Shown: piece by piece, positions 26,253 through 26,817 of the stretch
Position numbering within the stretch: position 1 is the stretch's first letter
How the letters are laid out: every line of letters begins with the position of its first letter
Assembly: GCA_050010515.1 (NCBI GenBank)
Contig: JBEKKX010000035.1
Location: 1 to 26,817 of the forward strand
DNA length: 26,817 nt
DNA from: Candidatus Bathyarchaeia archaeon
GTDB taxonomy: Archaea; Thermoproteota; Bathyarchaeia; Bathyarchaeales; Bathycorpusculaceae
Direction of reading: 5' to 3'
Program-made: the position numbers and the translations under genes
The notes under the pieces: generated by a model
What the model saw: only the letters and a program-made list of their open reading frames with translations
Told to the model about the DNA's origin: nothing
Databases searched by the model: none

Positions 26253-26498
26253 GCGCGCTGGTTTGTCCCTTAATTGGTGTAAAATGGTTATAACTCTTAT
26301 TTTTTGATTTGGAGGCAAATTTGAGCTGTTTAACTTCTTACGGAATGGTTCGCACTTTACCAACGAATTGGGCACCATGTAAAACAAACGCGAAGACCCA
26401 GCTGTGCTATGTTCTCAAGAGTTAGTTTAGCACTTGAACATCCCCAAAAAGACGACTCTTAACCATTTTTAACCATGATAGGGACAAAGGCTGCGCGC
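26253..26498. mobile_element. 246-bp MITE with imperfect 44/45-bp terminal inverted repeats and a 7-bp target site duplication
   Basis: 26253-26296 against the reverse complement of 26454-26498 gives 33/45 identities, in blocks GCGCGC, TTTGTCCCT, TGGT and AAAATGGTTA. Flanks are TATCAAA (26246-26252) and TACCAAA (26499-26505). No transposase ORF. Confidence 0.85.
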
Positions 26499-26613
26499 TA
26501 CCAAATTGTTTGCGTTTTCACTCAACAGTGAAACATGATGGCTCGCATTTTTGAGTCACGTGTGAACACAAAGCTTTTCTCTGGTTCTGTGCTATCTCTT
26601 CTCGGCGATTAGG

Positions 26614-26769
26614 TTGAAACAGAGGAAAGTCATGATTATTCTTTCTCTCCTCGAAGAAAGCAAAGGGAAAACAGACAAAGAATTGCAAAAGGAAATAATG
26701 GAAGGTCTTTCAGGAGTTTACTTTCCCTGGTGCAAAGGAATAGAAGAGATCAAGATAATAGAAGAGTAA
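26614..26769 (+). CDS. Small hypothetical protein (51 aa)
   Basis: TTG start, MKQRKVMIILSLLEESKGKTDKELQKEIMEGLSGVYFPWCKGIEEIKIIEE*. Protein-like beta-alpha-beta periodicity, below the ORF-track length cutoff. Confidence 0.55.
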   Translation: MKQRKVMIILSLLEESKGKTDKELQKEIMEGLSGVYFPWCKGIEEIKIIEE

Positions 26770-26817
26770 ATATCAAACACGAGTCATGTTATACGCGGTT
26801 TTGAAGCGGCAGAAACA

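Noticed and set aside
26189-26270. CRISPR array from two 20-bp direct repeats with a 42-nt spacer
   Set aside because: There are only two copies and no cas genes. The repeat also occurs inverted at 26480-26498 and 1770-1786, so it behaves as a transposon end.
26340-26445. IS6-like transposase C-terminal remnant inside the MITE (minus strand, HSWVFAFVLH)
   Set aside because: The resemblance is too short and is interrupted by stops, so it cannot support a family assignment without a profile search.
1762-26498. Whole cluster as a composite transposon bounded by GCGCGC-element ends
   Set aside because: Outer flanks (CTTTTGA or GTGGTTA on the left, TACCAAA on the right) are not duplicated. The right-hand MITE has its own local TSD, and no transposase is present.

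Overview
AT-rich archaeal DNA. Gene content and BRE/TATA-type promoters suggest Bathyarchaeia, which is inference. After a geranylgeranyl-reductase-family gene, a co-directional surface-glycan biosynthesis cluster spans about 1.9-22 kb. It holds four extended-SDR nucleotide-sugar epimerases/dehydratases, two GT2 and four intact GT4 glycosyltransferases, a 1465-aa polytopic GT-C-like membrane protein, and many broken or chimeric genes. A LamG-domain surface protein and a patch of decayed toxin-antitoxin genes follow. The most notable signal is a 246-bp MITE at 26253-26498 with 44/45-bp imperfect terminal inverted repeats that start with the palindrome GCGCGC and a 7-bp target duplication (TATCAAA/TACCAAA). 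By manual scan GCGCGC occurs at nine loci. Four are ends of this element family. The others are bare scars, three of them exactly at points where a gene is cut off or two unrelated genes are fused (2062, 7768, 19070). This suggests an element that inserts, deletes flanking DNA and then erases itself through its self-complementary ends, remodelling the glycan locus. All family assignments come from motif recognition by eye, not database searches.
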